Shown here one piece after another: positions 8,728 through 16,835 of a stretch of DNA of 64,000 bases. The notes under the pieces were generated by a model. It saw only the letters and a program-made list of their open reading frames with translations. It was not told the origin of the DNA and searched no databases. The stretch covers positions 18,249 through 82,248 of the forward strand of contig CAZJYI010000022.1 in assembly GCA_964550025.1 (NCBI GenBank), in the 5' to 3' direction. The position numbers and the translations under genes are program-made. Source of the DNA: an uncultured Victivallales bacterium. GTDB taxonomy: Bacteria; Verrucomicrobiota; Kiritimatiellia; UBA8416; CAYOBW01. Within the stretch, counting starts at the first letter, position 1; every line of letters starts with the position of its first letter.

Positions 8728-9870
8728 ATGAGAATTCCTATCACTATGGCGGCAATGGTTGTTCTGTGCGGCAGCGTGGAGGCTCGTACGTGGAAGAAGC
8801 ACACGATCATGGAACAGGGCCACTGCAATACCGCGGTGGCCCTGGATGTCAACGGAGACAAGTGTCTTGACGTGATCGCGAGCTTCAACGGAAGGGTAAG
8901 CCTGTTCGTTGCACCGGACTGGAAACAGGAAGTCATCCTCTATCGTTTTCCCAGGGGCAAACGCGGTTGTATCCACAGTTCCGTAATCGATGCCGACGGG
9001 GACGGCGACCTGGATTGGGCGGGGTCACTCTCCAACGAACATCCCTTCTGGCTTGAGAATCCCGGAAAGGCGGAGGCGCTGAAGGGTGCGTGGACCCCGC
9101 GCTCCATCGACCCGGAGATCACGGGCATCCACTGCCTGCTCACCTCGGACATCGACAATGATGGCAGGGATGACCTCGTCATCAACAACTTCGAGCCCGA
9201 AGAGGGACTGGGAGATTCGATGGCCTGGTTCCGCGCGCCGAAGAACCCCCTCAGCGCGAAGCAATGGGAGCGCTACGTGTTTGCCGATGGTGATGCCCGC
9301 GGTGGGAACCATTACATGGGCGCCGCGGACGTTGACGGCGACGGCTGGAGGGAGATCGCCGTGGGGGCGAAGGGTAAGCCCTTCGCCGACGGCAACTGGT
9401 TCGCATTTTGGACGAATCCCGGCAAGGATGGCGTGAGAGGCCCGTGGAAAAAGACCATCCTGGCAGAGAACCAGCTTGGAGCGACCAACATTCTGCCCGG
9501 CGACATGAATGGCGACGGGAGGGCCGACTGGGTGGCCTCGTGCGGACACGGCGCGGGCGTGTTGTGGTTCGAGAACCCGGCCTGGACCATTCACGAGATT
9601 GACCCGGACATCAAGTCGCCCCACAGCCTGACGGTGGGAGATCATGACCTCGACGGTGATCTCGACGCGGCCAGTTGCGGGTACGAAAGCAAGTGGGTGC
9701 GCTGGTACGAGAATGACGGGAAGGGGAACTTCAAGATCCATACGCTCGATGAGGAGCAGGAGAGCTATGACCTGCGCTCGGTGGACATGGACGGCGACGG
9801 AGACCTCGACCTCCTCAATGCCGGCCGCGGATCAAGAAACGTCGTCTGGTACGAAAACCCCCTGAAGTAG
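8728..9870 (+). CDS. FG-GAP/VCBS-repeat (integrin-alpha-like beta-propeller) exported protein
   Basis: Repeated Ca-binding-like D-x-D/N-x-D-G motifs: DVNGDKCLDV, DADGDGDLDW, DIDNDGRDDL, DVDGDGWREI, DMNGDGRADW, DHDLDGDLDA, DMDGDGDLDL. Signal peptide is MRIPITMAAMVVLCGSVEA. The track's 5' extension to 8209 is antisense to the remnant and is rejected. Confidence 0.75.
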   Translation: MRIPITMAAMVVLCGSVEARTWKKHTIMEQGHCNTAVALDVNGDKCLDVIASFNGRVSLFVAPDWKQEVILYRFPRGKRGCIHSSVIDADGDGDLDWAGSLSNEHPFWLENPGKAEALKGAWTPRSIDPEITGIHCLLTSDIDNDGRDDLVINNFEPEEGLGDSMAWFRAPKNPLSAKQWERYVFADGDARGGNHYMGAADVDGDGWREIAVGAKGKPFADGNWFAFWTNPGKDGVRGPWKKTILAENQLGATNILPGDMNGDGRADWVASCGHGAGVLWFENPAWTIHEIDPDIKSPHSLTVGDHDLDGDLDAASCGYESKWVRWYENDGKGNFKIHTLDEEQESYDLRSVDMDGDGDLDLLNAGRGSRNVVWYENPLK

Positions 9871-9884
9871 GAGGCATTGGCATC

Positions 9885-10013
9885 ATGAAGACGTTACTTC
9901 TCGCTCTCATGGCTCTTTCGGTCACCGCATTCGTGGCGCCGCCCGAGTTTGTTATGCACCGTGTCGGCAACTACCGTTCCGAGTCCTGCGGGGGCGCGGA
10001 TTTCAACGGCGGA
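9885..10013 (+). pseudogene. N-terminal fragment of a second FG-GAP repeat gene, truncated at the defence-module junction
   Basis: TAGGAGG RBS, then ATG 9885 and signal peptide MKTLLLALMALSVTAFV. The sequence then follows the same layout as the 8728 gene (FVMHRVGNYRSESCGGADFNG vs KKHTIMEQGHCNTAVALDVNGD). Similarity stops after ADFNG, about 25 nt before the DUF4276 stop codon at 10038. Confidence 0.45.
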
Positions 10014-10037
10014 CGGCCGCTTCATCCGGGATCGCCT

Positions 10038-10655
10038 TTAGAGGCCCGCCGTTTTGGCGAGGGCGAGCATCTCGTTCAACAGCGCCCTCAACTCAGGGCA
10101 CTTGGCGTGTGCGACCTCGGGGTCCAGCCTGTCGAACAGATCTCTGCCGTAGGCCACCTTCTTGTAGCCACGTCTCGTGGTCTGTGTGTAGAGCTGATCA
10201 AGCAGGACGGCAGGGGGCGTATTGAAGTTCACAGTCTCAGGTTGTTGCGCCTTCTTGTGCAGTCTGTTTCGGATATCAGGGGGAAACAGCGATGGATCAC
10301 TCAGCAGCCATGCCTCCACCTCATGCACGGCAAAGAAGTGCCGATATCTCTGCTCGCCGACCTTGTCCTTCATGTGGGTCTTGCCCCAAGTCACTCGTTC
10401 GGCGGCGGTAACGGCATCAGCCGGATAGATGGTCGGGCCGTATAGGTCGAGAAGCGACACGACCGCTATCACATCGGCACTACGCAGGTATAGCAGCGCC
10501 TTCCGGGACGCGTCTTTGACCAATTCCGCCCAGCCTTCAAACTTCACCGGCTTGATGCCGACAGCCTGAGTCAACCGCGGATCGAGCCAACGTTTGAGAA
10601 AGGCGGGTATGGCCTTCTGTTCCGTCTTTCCTTCGACGAATATGACGAACTTCAT
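10038..10655 (-). CDS. DUF4276-family protein (Toprim-like putative nuclease partner of the ATPase)
   Basis: Starts MKFVIFVEGKTEQKAIPAFLKRWL at ATG 10655. Later motifs include LLDLYGP and FFAVHEVEAWLLSD. The start is 4 nt after the ATPase stop (10660-10662). The track's longer ORF to 10802 overlaps the ATPase and is rejected. Confidence 0.75.
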   Translation of the reverse strand: MKFVIFVEGKTEQKAIPAFLKRWLDPRLTQAVGIKPVKFEGWAELVKDASRKALLYLRSADVIAVVSLLDLYGPTIYPADAVTAAERVTWGKTHMKDKVGEQRYRHFFAVHEVEAWLLSDPSLFPPDIRNRLHKKAQQPETVNFNTPPAVLLDQLYTQTTRRGYKKVAYGRDLFDRLDPEVAHAKCPELRALLNEMLALAKTAGL

Positions 10656-10659
10656 CCCT

Positions 10660-11934
10660 CTACTCCTCGCCGCACGTCCCTTCGGATTTCGCCACCCTCT
10701 GGACGCTGCCGATTGGTTCCAGCCCCTGTTCCAGTTCCCCCGATTTGAAAAGCGATCCCAACGAGTACTCTCTGAGCCACTGTTTGAGAACGTCAGCTTC
10801 AAGCTTCTCCAGAAGCGTTTCGCCTTCAGTCCACTTCAACACGACCGTCTCAGGTTGTGTCTCGCCGAAGGCGTCCAAGAACTGAGGTGAATGAGTTGTA
10901 AGGATGACTTGGGTGCGCTTCGCTGCATCCGCCGCGAATTCAGCCACGAGTGGCAGCATCGCGGGATGCAAGCCCGTTTCAGGTTCGTCAATAGCGATGA
11001 GCGGTGCCGCACTGGGCGACGCAAGCACGCCAAGCAGCAGGAGAAAGCGCAAAGTGCCATCCGAAAGGTCAGCAGCCGTTTGCTCGCGCCGCAGGCTGCG
11101 CCATCTAACCTTCATCTGCACCCGCTGATCCGCCACTGGCGGGAAGACGATTTCTTCAAAATCGTCCCCGAAGGCCGCTTTCATGGCGAGATTCACGTCT
11201 CTCTTGAACTCACGATCACTGCTGTAGAGCGTGTGGAGCACGCTGACGAGATTCTGTCCGCCCGGGTCGACGCGCTTTTCGTGGCGGGCGATGATTGGCT
11301 GGCGAATGGCTGCGTCCTGGTTTACATGCAGATCGTGGTAGACGGACCAGCCAGCCAAAAATCCCTGGAACGGCGGAATCAGGTGGTTTTGAGTGAACGG
11401 GCCTGTCGCTAAGCTCAAGAGCGTTTCCTCTTCTGTGACCGACTCCTCCGGGGCCACCAAACCGCGTTCTTCCTCGTCGAAGACCTTGGCAAGTTGCTGC
11501 CGCCGCTCCAGCATCTTGAAGGGCTGATCGCTCTGGCCTGTCTCTACGCGGTAGTAATTGCCAAGCATTTCATAGTCGATTCGATAGCTGCTCGTCTTCC
11601 CGATACGAGCAAGATCAAGCTGGTATGTAAGGCTATCGCGTTCGACGGGCCGCCCATCCTCGACGGGCGTTGTCTTGACCTTGACATGAATCCCGTCAGC
11701 CGCGCCGTCCCATAGAAGTGGCTCCATTCCGCCCGCGTTCTGCACGTGCTTCCCGAGCTGCCCCTTTGCCGAAACGGCAAGCAACGCCATCAGCCGCATC
11801 AGATTCGATTTGCCGGATCCGTTTGGCCCGATCAACACATTGAGAGGCCCTGGTTCCCAGGTTATGTCCCTCAACGATCTGAACCCCTGCACGTCCAAGC
11901 GCAGTATTCTCATGGTTCTACTCCCATGGTTCAT
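10660..11934 (-). CDS. ABC/SMC-like AAA_21-type ATPase (AriA/AbiLi/OLD-N-terminal-like)
   Basis: Walker A GPNGSGKSN, signature-like LSDGTLRFLLLLGVL, Walker B LIAIDEPETGLHP and H-loop ILTTHSP. A likely alternative start is MRILRLDVQGF at 11913, preceded by GGGAG. Confidence 0.85.
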   Translation of the reverse strand: MNHGSRTMRILRLDVQGFRSLRDITWEPGPLNVLIGPNGSGKSNLMRLMALLAVSAKGQLGKHVQNAGGMEPLLWDGAADGIHVKVKTTPVEDGRPVERDSLTYQLDLARIGKTSSYRIDYEMLGNYYRVETGQSDQPFKMLERRQQLAKVFDEEERGLVAPEESVTEEETLLSLATGPFTQNHLIPPFQGFLAGWSVYHDLHVNQDAAIRQPIIARHEKRVDPGGQNLVSVLHTLYSSDREFKRDVNLAMKAAFGDDFEEIVFPPVADQRVQMKVRWRSLRREQTAADLSDGTLRFLLLLGVLASPSAAPLIAIDEPETGLHPAMLPLVAEFAADAAKRTQVILTTHSPQFLDAFGETQPETVVLKWTEGETLLEKLEADVLKQWLREYSLGSLFKSGELEQGLEPIGSVQRVAKSEGTCGEE

Positions 11935-12075
11935 GCTTCATTTCGTATCTCTCGGCTACTGTCGCTACCACAAGACGGTCCAGACTGTTGCAGAGCCAGG
12001 CCCAGAAGACAAGAGGAGGATTGCCTTCTGAAAAGACTGCTACCGACCGCCGGGAACCTCTCGTTTCTCCAACAC

Positions 12076-12102
12076 GATTCGTTTCCTAATAGGAAACGAA
12101 TC
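12076..12102 (-). terminator. perfect 12-bp stem hairpin downstream of the sulfatase-GH106 gene
   Basis: GATTCGTTTCCT-AAT-AGGAAACGAATC, 57 nt past the stop at 12159. There is no clear U-tract, so intrinsic-terminator function is only inferred. Confidence 0.4.
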
Positions 12103-12158
12103 TCCTCCGCGAGCACCAGTTGGTCGCCCAGACTGAGTGCTTTCCTGGCATCCCGCAT

Positions 12159-15100
12159 CTACTCCTTCAAGCTCAGAACAACGGACCCAGAGCTCAGCAC
12201 GCGCACGGGGCCAAGCAGGCCTGACTCCATCAGGGGAGCGTCGGGCTCGTTGTGATAGAACGGATAGAGCGTCCAGGTGATCCGCTGGTCGGCAGGACGC
12301 TTCAGATCCCCGAGAATGCGGTTCTTCCAACAGTTGGTCACCTTGACCACCACCTTGTTGGCACCCGGCTTTGCAGCATCAGTGATGTCGATCCGGAAGG
12401 GAGACTTCCACAGCACGCCCAATGGTTGATCGTTCACGGAGACCTCGGCCAGGTGGTTGACCTGCCCCAGGTCCAGCCAGACGCGACGCCCGGCCTGGAG
12501 CCGCTCTCTACTCACGTTGATGCCCTTCTCATAGATCGCCGTGCCAGAGAAGTACTTGATGCCCTCTTCCGTGCGGTCAGTCCAGGAGGTCAGCGCATCG
12601 AAAGCAACCTGCCCTTCCGGCGCGCCGCGTTCCTCCTGGAAGGTAACGGTCCATCTTCCCGGAACGGTCTCGGGAGCTGGAATATCGTCCACAACCACTT
12701 CCGCCTTCGAGCCGTCATTGAACTCAGCGGCGTAACGGCCGTTCTCCCAGACGGCAAACCGCAAGCCACTGCCCTCCAGGCAGACCGGCTGCCCGTCTCT
12801 GGTCAGCTTGACGACCGAATCCTGCCCGGCGTCAGGACGAAAGATGATGAAGCGGGAGCCGTACGGATCCATCCTGAAAGGAATCGTGGTGACGGTGCCG
12901 TCGTCCGTATACGCCGTGACGGTTGCCTTCTCTCCATTCACCGGATTCCAGACCTCCGGCGCCATGCCGCTCACGCGGAAGGTGAACGTCAGGTCTTTCG
13001 TCTGGTCCTCCTGGTAAGCCACGAAATAGAGCTCGGCATCATTCAGCCTGCGGTGGATATACCAGACATCGTCGGCTCCGGACTGGAAATCGGGACCGAG
13101 TGAATCCTCGGCCAGAATGGTCTCGAACGACTTGTCTGCGATCACACGCCCCTTGCCGACGCGGCGCTCACCGGGGCCGTCGGGCCACAGTTCCGCCGCG
13201 ATCTCCTGAATCCGGCGATCCGCATCGGGGTACCCTGTCAGCGACGGGCATCGCGACGGGCGCGGACCGATCACGCTCGCGCCGGCCTCTACCAGTTCCT
13301 GCACCTTTTCCAGCGCGACCGGTGTGTACCGGGCATGATCCGGCAGTACGAGATAGGCGTAGCGCATGCCGCTCGGCAGAACCACCTCGCCGTCCTCTAC
13401 GCTCATGCGGTCGAAGATGATCCGGTCGCAGACATCATAGTCGTAACCCTTCGGCAAGACCGGCTTCATCATCTGACGCGGATCAAGCGCTCTCGGCGCA
13501 AAGTAGTAGGCACTGCCGGGAACATCCTCGCCATAGTAGTAGCAGACATCGGCGAAGAAGCGACCCTGGCGCAGCATGTACTGGCAGCGACGCAGGTAGG
13601 TGATCCATTCCCGCCCGGGCTCCCACCATGTCGTCGTGCGTTCAAGGTTAAGGCCGAACTGCCCAAGCCCCATCCCGGGAACGCGATCATCGGGCTGGTG
13701 CGCGTAGCGGTGAAACACGATCTCGTTCATGCCCTTGCAGAACTGACGGTCCCCGACCGGCTTCAGGATGTGCGGATACTGGGTGAAGCCGTCATGGTGC
13801 CCGAAAGACGTAAAGGCCTCGCAGGATACAACCTCTTTGCCGTAGACATGGGCAGCGACGGCGGCCTCCTTGGTGTTGTCCTGCCCGCCCGGCCAATGCG
13901 GGAACTTCGGGTTCGGCGGTCCAGTGAGCCAGAACTCCCCCTGCGGAATATCCATCAGACCCTGAACCTGGATCTGGTCGCACTGAATCGGAATGCCGAT
14001 GCCGGGCGCCTCGGCCGAGAGCTTCAGGCCCCGCTCGCGGATGTATGCCCCAAAGGCCCCGTAAAAGTTGTCTGCCAGAAGGTCGCCAATGGTGCGGCGG
14101 TAGTCCCATAGAAAACGCTCGGTCTCATCGACACTCCCGACAAAACGGCCGGTCAGGGTGACCAGCCATTTGCGGAGGTCGTAGCCACGCCGTTTCTCAA
14201 ACTCCTCCGGAAAGGCCTTCGTCCAAGTCTGGCAATTCGCCTCCCAGCTATCGATGTTCATCTCCACCAGTGTCGTACCGGTCAGATCACCCAGCCGCTC
14301 AAAGACCGAATCGACGACCCCGTTCTCGAAGTGGTACAGGAGCGCCTCGACGCTCAACTTGTCGGTCTCCAGTCCGCTGGCACGCGTCGATGCCGGGTGG
14401 ATTTCATTCGCATTGGAGGTATGGCCGAACCGGAGGATCGTCCACTCTCCCGCTGGAAGTGTGCACTTCAGCGTGCCGTCCGGCTGCAGGTTCCCGGTCA
14501 GGTCGAGGATCCGATCCATCTGAACGAGCTGGTCGGCGGGAACCACCTGAGCGGACGGATTGGAAACCGACGGCCGTGTGCGCTGACGAGCGGCCTTGGT
14601 GTGCAACCGGCTCAAACGGGCGGAGAGAAAATTCACCTCGTAGAGCTTCATGTCCACTTTCGGGCTCGGCGCCATCAGCTCCAGCTTCACAAAGCGTGCA
14701 GTTCGATCCGCGAACCCTTCGATCATCTCCTCACGGCGGGGATCGAAGTGCTTCATCCAGCGGTGCACGTTGGCCAAGTACTGCCATCGCTGCCCGTCAT
14801 CGCCTGTAAACAGCTTCAGCAGGCGGCTCTCGCTGTCCTCGTGCATCTGCAAGCTGAGAGAACGAACCGTCACCGGCTTCTCGAATTCAAAAACAATGGA
14901 GCGGCTCGTTTCGCCGGGCTTCCAGTTGGGGAGTTCGACAAAGGTATCGGCATCCCCGTCGATGGCCGCCGACCAGTCGATGCCCGGCGGGTCCGAAGTG
15001 ACCTTTGTACCAAGCGCCGCCAGCGGCTGCGCCTCGCCGGGAAGAGTGGGATAGGCCAGCACGGCGATGTCGCGGTAATAGCCGCGGTTCTTCGTCGGCT

Positions 15101-16832
15101 GCGGAAGCTGTACAGAACCGCTGACCGGCCCCTTGACGAACTTGTGCCGCCAGACGATATCCTGCATGGAAAGCTCTGCAGGGATCCAGGGGCCGCCCGC
15201 AACCCAACCCACGCAACTGCCGAAACTCAGTTCAAGCCCCAGGCGCTGACACTCCTTCGCGGCGTGCTCCACCTTCTCCATCCAGATCGGAGAGCCGAAC
15301 ACATCCTCCCCCACCACCGCGTTCGGCCCGCCTTGCGGGAGGTTCACCATGTGCGCCCCCTTGTAGCCCATGGTCTTCATGGCCTCGAGGTCCTTGGTGA
15401 TTCCCGACTTGCTGATGTTCTCATTGAGCCAATGCCACCAGGTGCGCGGCCCATACTCATCCGCCGGATCGACAAACCCGGCGTCCTTGAACGTCAGGCT
15501 CTTCGTCACAGGCGCTGTCGGGATCACGGCCACGCCAGGGCCGGGGGCCACCTTGGGTTTCCACCATCCGTCCAGTTTCGCCATCAGTCTCGCGATCATC
15601 CCTTTGTGCTTCGCCGCGAGGTTGTGCTTCTCCTTCGGGTCGTTCTTCAGGTCAAAGAGAAGGACCTGGTCAACACACTTGAGGTCGGCCGCTTTGCTGT
15701 CTTTGTAGGTGACAACGAGTTTCCAGTCGCCACAGATGACACCGCGTGCCTCGATGGTCGCCTCCGGTTTGTCCGGCGCGGCCATGTCGTGCTCAAAGTC
15801 CTCGATGAATACGCAGTCCCGTTTCGCGACGGCCGTTTCGTTCAGCAGGTCGATGCCCTCCATGCCGTCGGGAACGGGCAATCCGGCGGCGGCCAGGATG
15901 GTTGACGGGATGTCGATGTTGCTGGCGAGTTGGACATCGTCGCGTTTCGGCGTCACTCTTCCCGGCCAGCGGATCATGATCGGGGTGCGGACGCCCTGTT
16001 CCCACGGCGTCAACTTGTGCCCGCGGTAGCCGCCTTCCCCCTGCGGCCAGCCGTTGTCGCAGATGAACAGGACGACGGTGTTGTCGCAGAGCCCCTGGTC
16101 GTCAATGTGCTGCAGCAGGTCGCCGCACGTTTCATCGAGCCAATCCACCATAGCGAAGTACTTCGCTATGTGGGGACGTGGCGCCTTGTCCTTGTACTTG
16201 TTCAGCAGCCGCTCGGGCGGCGTGTGCGGGGTGTGGGGCAGGAACGGCGCGTACCAGACCATGAACGGCTTCGCTTCGTCCTTTGCCTTGGCAATGAAGT
16301 CATAGATTGGCTGCATGGTGTCCCGCCCAACCCCGAGCGACGCCTCCGACCCGTGCCGAAGCGTCTCACCCATGCTGTCCGTGAAACCGGATACTTTCTC
16401 CGGGTGGCCCTGCCAGTACTTGCCGGTGTGCAGGGTCAGATACCCGGCCTCGCCCAGCAGGCGGGGCAACTGCGGCAGGTTGCTAAAATGGTCGACCCAC
16501 CTCTGCCGGTGTCCCCAGCCCCCCTCCGCCGGATCGTTTCCCGTGAACCCGTGTTGATGGGGATACGCGCCGGTCAACATGGTGGCCAGCGATGGACAGC
16601 ACAGCGCCGTGGTCACATAGCCGCGCGTGAACAGGAGACTCTGGTCGGCCAGGCGATCGAGGTGTGGTGTCTGAATGACCGGGTGCCCCATGAACCCAAA
16701 ATCGTGGTAGGCCTGGTCGTCGCTGATGATAACCACGAAGTTGGGTGGGCTCGGCTTCTCCGCAAAGCACGGCAGGACGGCGGTGACGGCGGCAAGTATC
16801 AGGGTGAGGATTGGCTTCTTCATCGTGTACAT
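12159..16832 (-). CDS. fusion protein: N-terminal S1 sulfatase domain + GH106-like (alpha-L-rhamnosidase-family) glycoside hydrolase with C-terminal galactose-binding-like domain
   Basis: Sulfatase part: PNFVVIISDDQAYHD, LCCPSLATMLTG, ICDNGW. After about aa 440: PRTWWHWLNENISKSGITKDLEAMKTMGYKG. C-terminal end: SVNDQPLGVLWKSPFRIDITDAAKPGANKVVVKVTNCWKNRILGD, as in the Glyco_hydro_106 / BT_0986-type family. Signal peptide is MKKPILTLILAAVTAVLPCFA. Confidence 0.75.
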   Translation of the reverse strand: MYTMKKPILTLILAAVTAVLPCFAEKPSPPNFVVIISDDQAYHDFGFMGHPVIQTPHLDRLADQSLLFTRGYVTTALCCPSLATMLTGAYPHQHGFTGNDPAEGGWGHRQRWVDHFSNLPQLPRLLGEAGYLTLHTGKYWQGHPEKVSGFTDSMGETLRHGSEASLGVGRDTMQPIYDFIAKAKDEAKPFMVWYAPFLPHTPHTPPERLLNKYKDKAPRPHIAKYFAMVDWLDETCGDLLQHIDDQGLCDNTVVLFICDNGWPQGEGGYRGHKLTPWEQGVRTPIMIRWPGRVTPKRDDVQLASNIDIPSTILAAAGLPVPDGMEGIDLLNETAVAKRDCVFIEDFEHDMAAPDKPEATIEARGVICGDWKLVVTYKDSKAADLKCVDQVLLFDLKNDPKEKHNLAAKHKGMIARLMAKLDGWWKPKVAPGPGVAVIPTAPVTKSLTFKDAGFVDPADEYGPRTWWHWLNENISKSGITKDLEAMKTMGYKGAHMVNLPQGGPNAVVGEDVFGSPIWMEKVEHAAKECQRLGLELSFGSCVGWVAGGPWIPAELSMQDIVWRHKFVKGPVSGSVQLPQPTKNRGYYRDIAVLAYPTLPGEAQPLAALGTKVTSDPPGIDWSAAIDGDADTFVELPNWKPGETSRSIVFEFEKPVTVRSLSLQMHEDSESRLLKLFTGDDGQRWQYLANVHRWMKHFDPRREEMIEGFADRTARFVKLELMAPSPKVDMKLYEVNFLSARLSRLHTKAARQRTRPSVSNPSAQVVPADQLVQMDRILDLTGNLQPDGTLKCTLPAGEWTILRFGHTSNANEIHPASTRASGLETDKLSVEALLYHFENGVVDSVFERLGDLTGTTLVEMNIDSWEANCQTWTKAFPEEFEKRRGYDLRKWLVTLTGRFVGSVDETERFLWDYRRTIGDLLADNFYGAFGAYIRERGLKLSAEAPGIGIPIQCDQIQVQGLMDIPQGEFWLTGPPNPKFPHWPGGQDNTKEAAVAAHVYGKEVVSCEAFTSFGHHDGFTQYPHILKPVGDRQFCKGMNEIVFHRYAHQPDDRVPGMGLGQFGLNLERTTTWWEPGREWITYLRRCQYMLRQGRFFADVCYYYGEDVPGSAYYFAPRALDPRQMMKPVLPKGYDYDVCDRIIFDRMSVEDGEVVLPSGMRYAYLVLPDHARYTPVALEKVQELVEAGASVIGPRPSRCPSLTGYPDADRRIQEIAAELWPDGPGERRVGKGRVIADKSFETILAEDSLGPDFQSGADDVWYIHRRLNDAELYFVAYQEDQTKDLTFTFRVSGMAPEVWNPVNGEKATVTAYTDDGTVTTIPFRMDPYGSRFIIFRPDAGQDSVVKLTRDGQPVCLEGSGLRFAVWENGRYAAEFNDGSKAEVVVDDIPAPETVPGRWTVTFQEERGAPEGQVAFDALTSWTDRTEEGIKYFSGTAIYEKGINVSRERLQAGRRVWLDLGQVNHLAEVSVNDQPLGVLWKSPFRIDITDAAKPGANKVVVKVTNCWKNRILGDLKRPADQRITWTLYPFYHNEPDAPLMESGLLGPVRVLSSGSVVLSLKE

Positions 16833-16835
16833 CCG

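Noticed and set aside
11935-12158. Search for the missing C-terminal part of the truncated FG-GAP gene, or for direct repeats marking the other edge of the defence-module insertion
   Set aside because: None of the three plus-strand frames shows FG-GAP-like D-x-D-G-D repeats. I could not find a convincing direct repeat shared with the 10010-10040 junction. Only a 12-bp-stem hairpin (12076-12102) is present.
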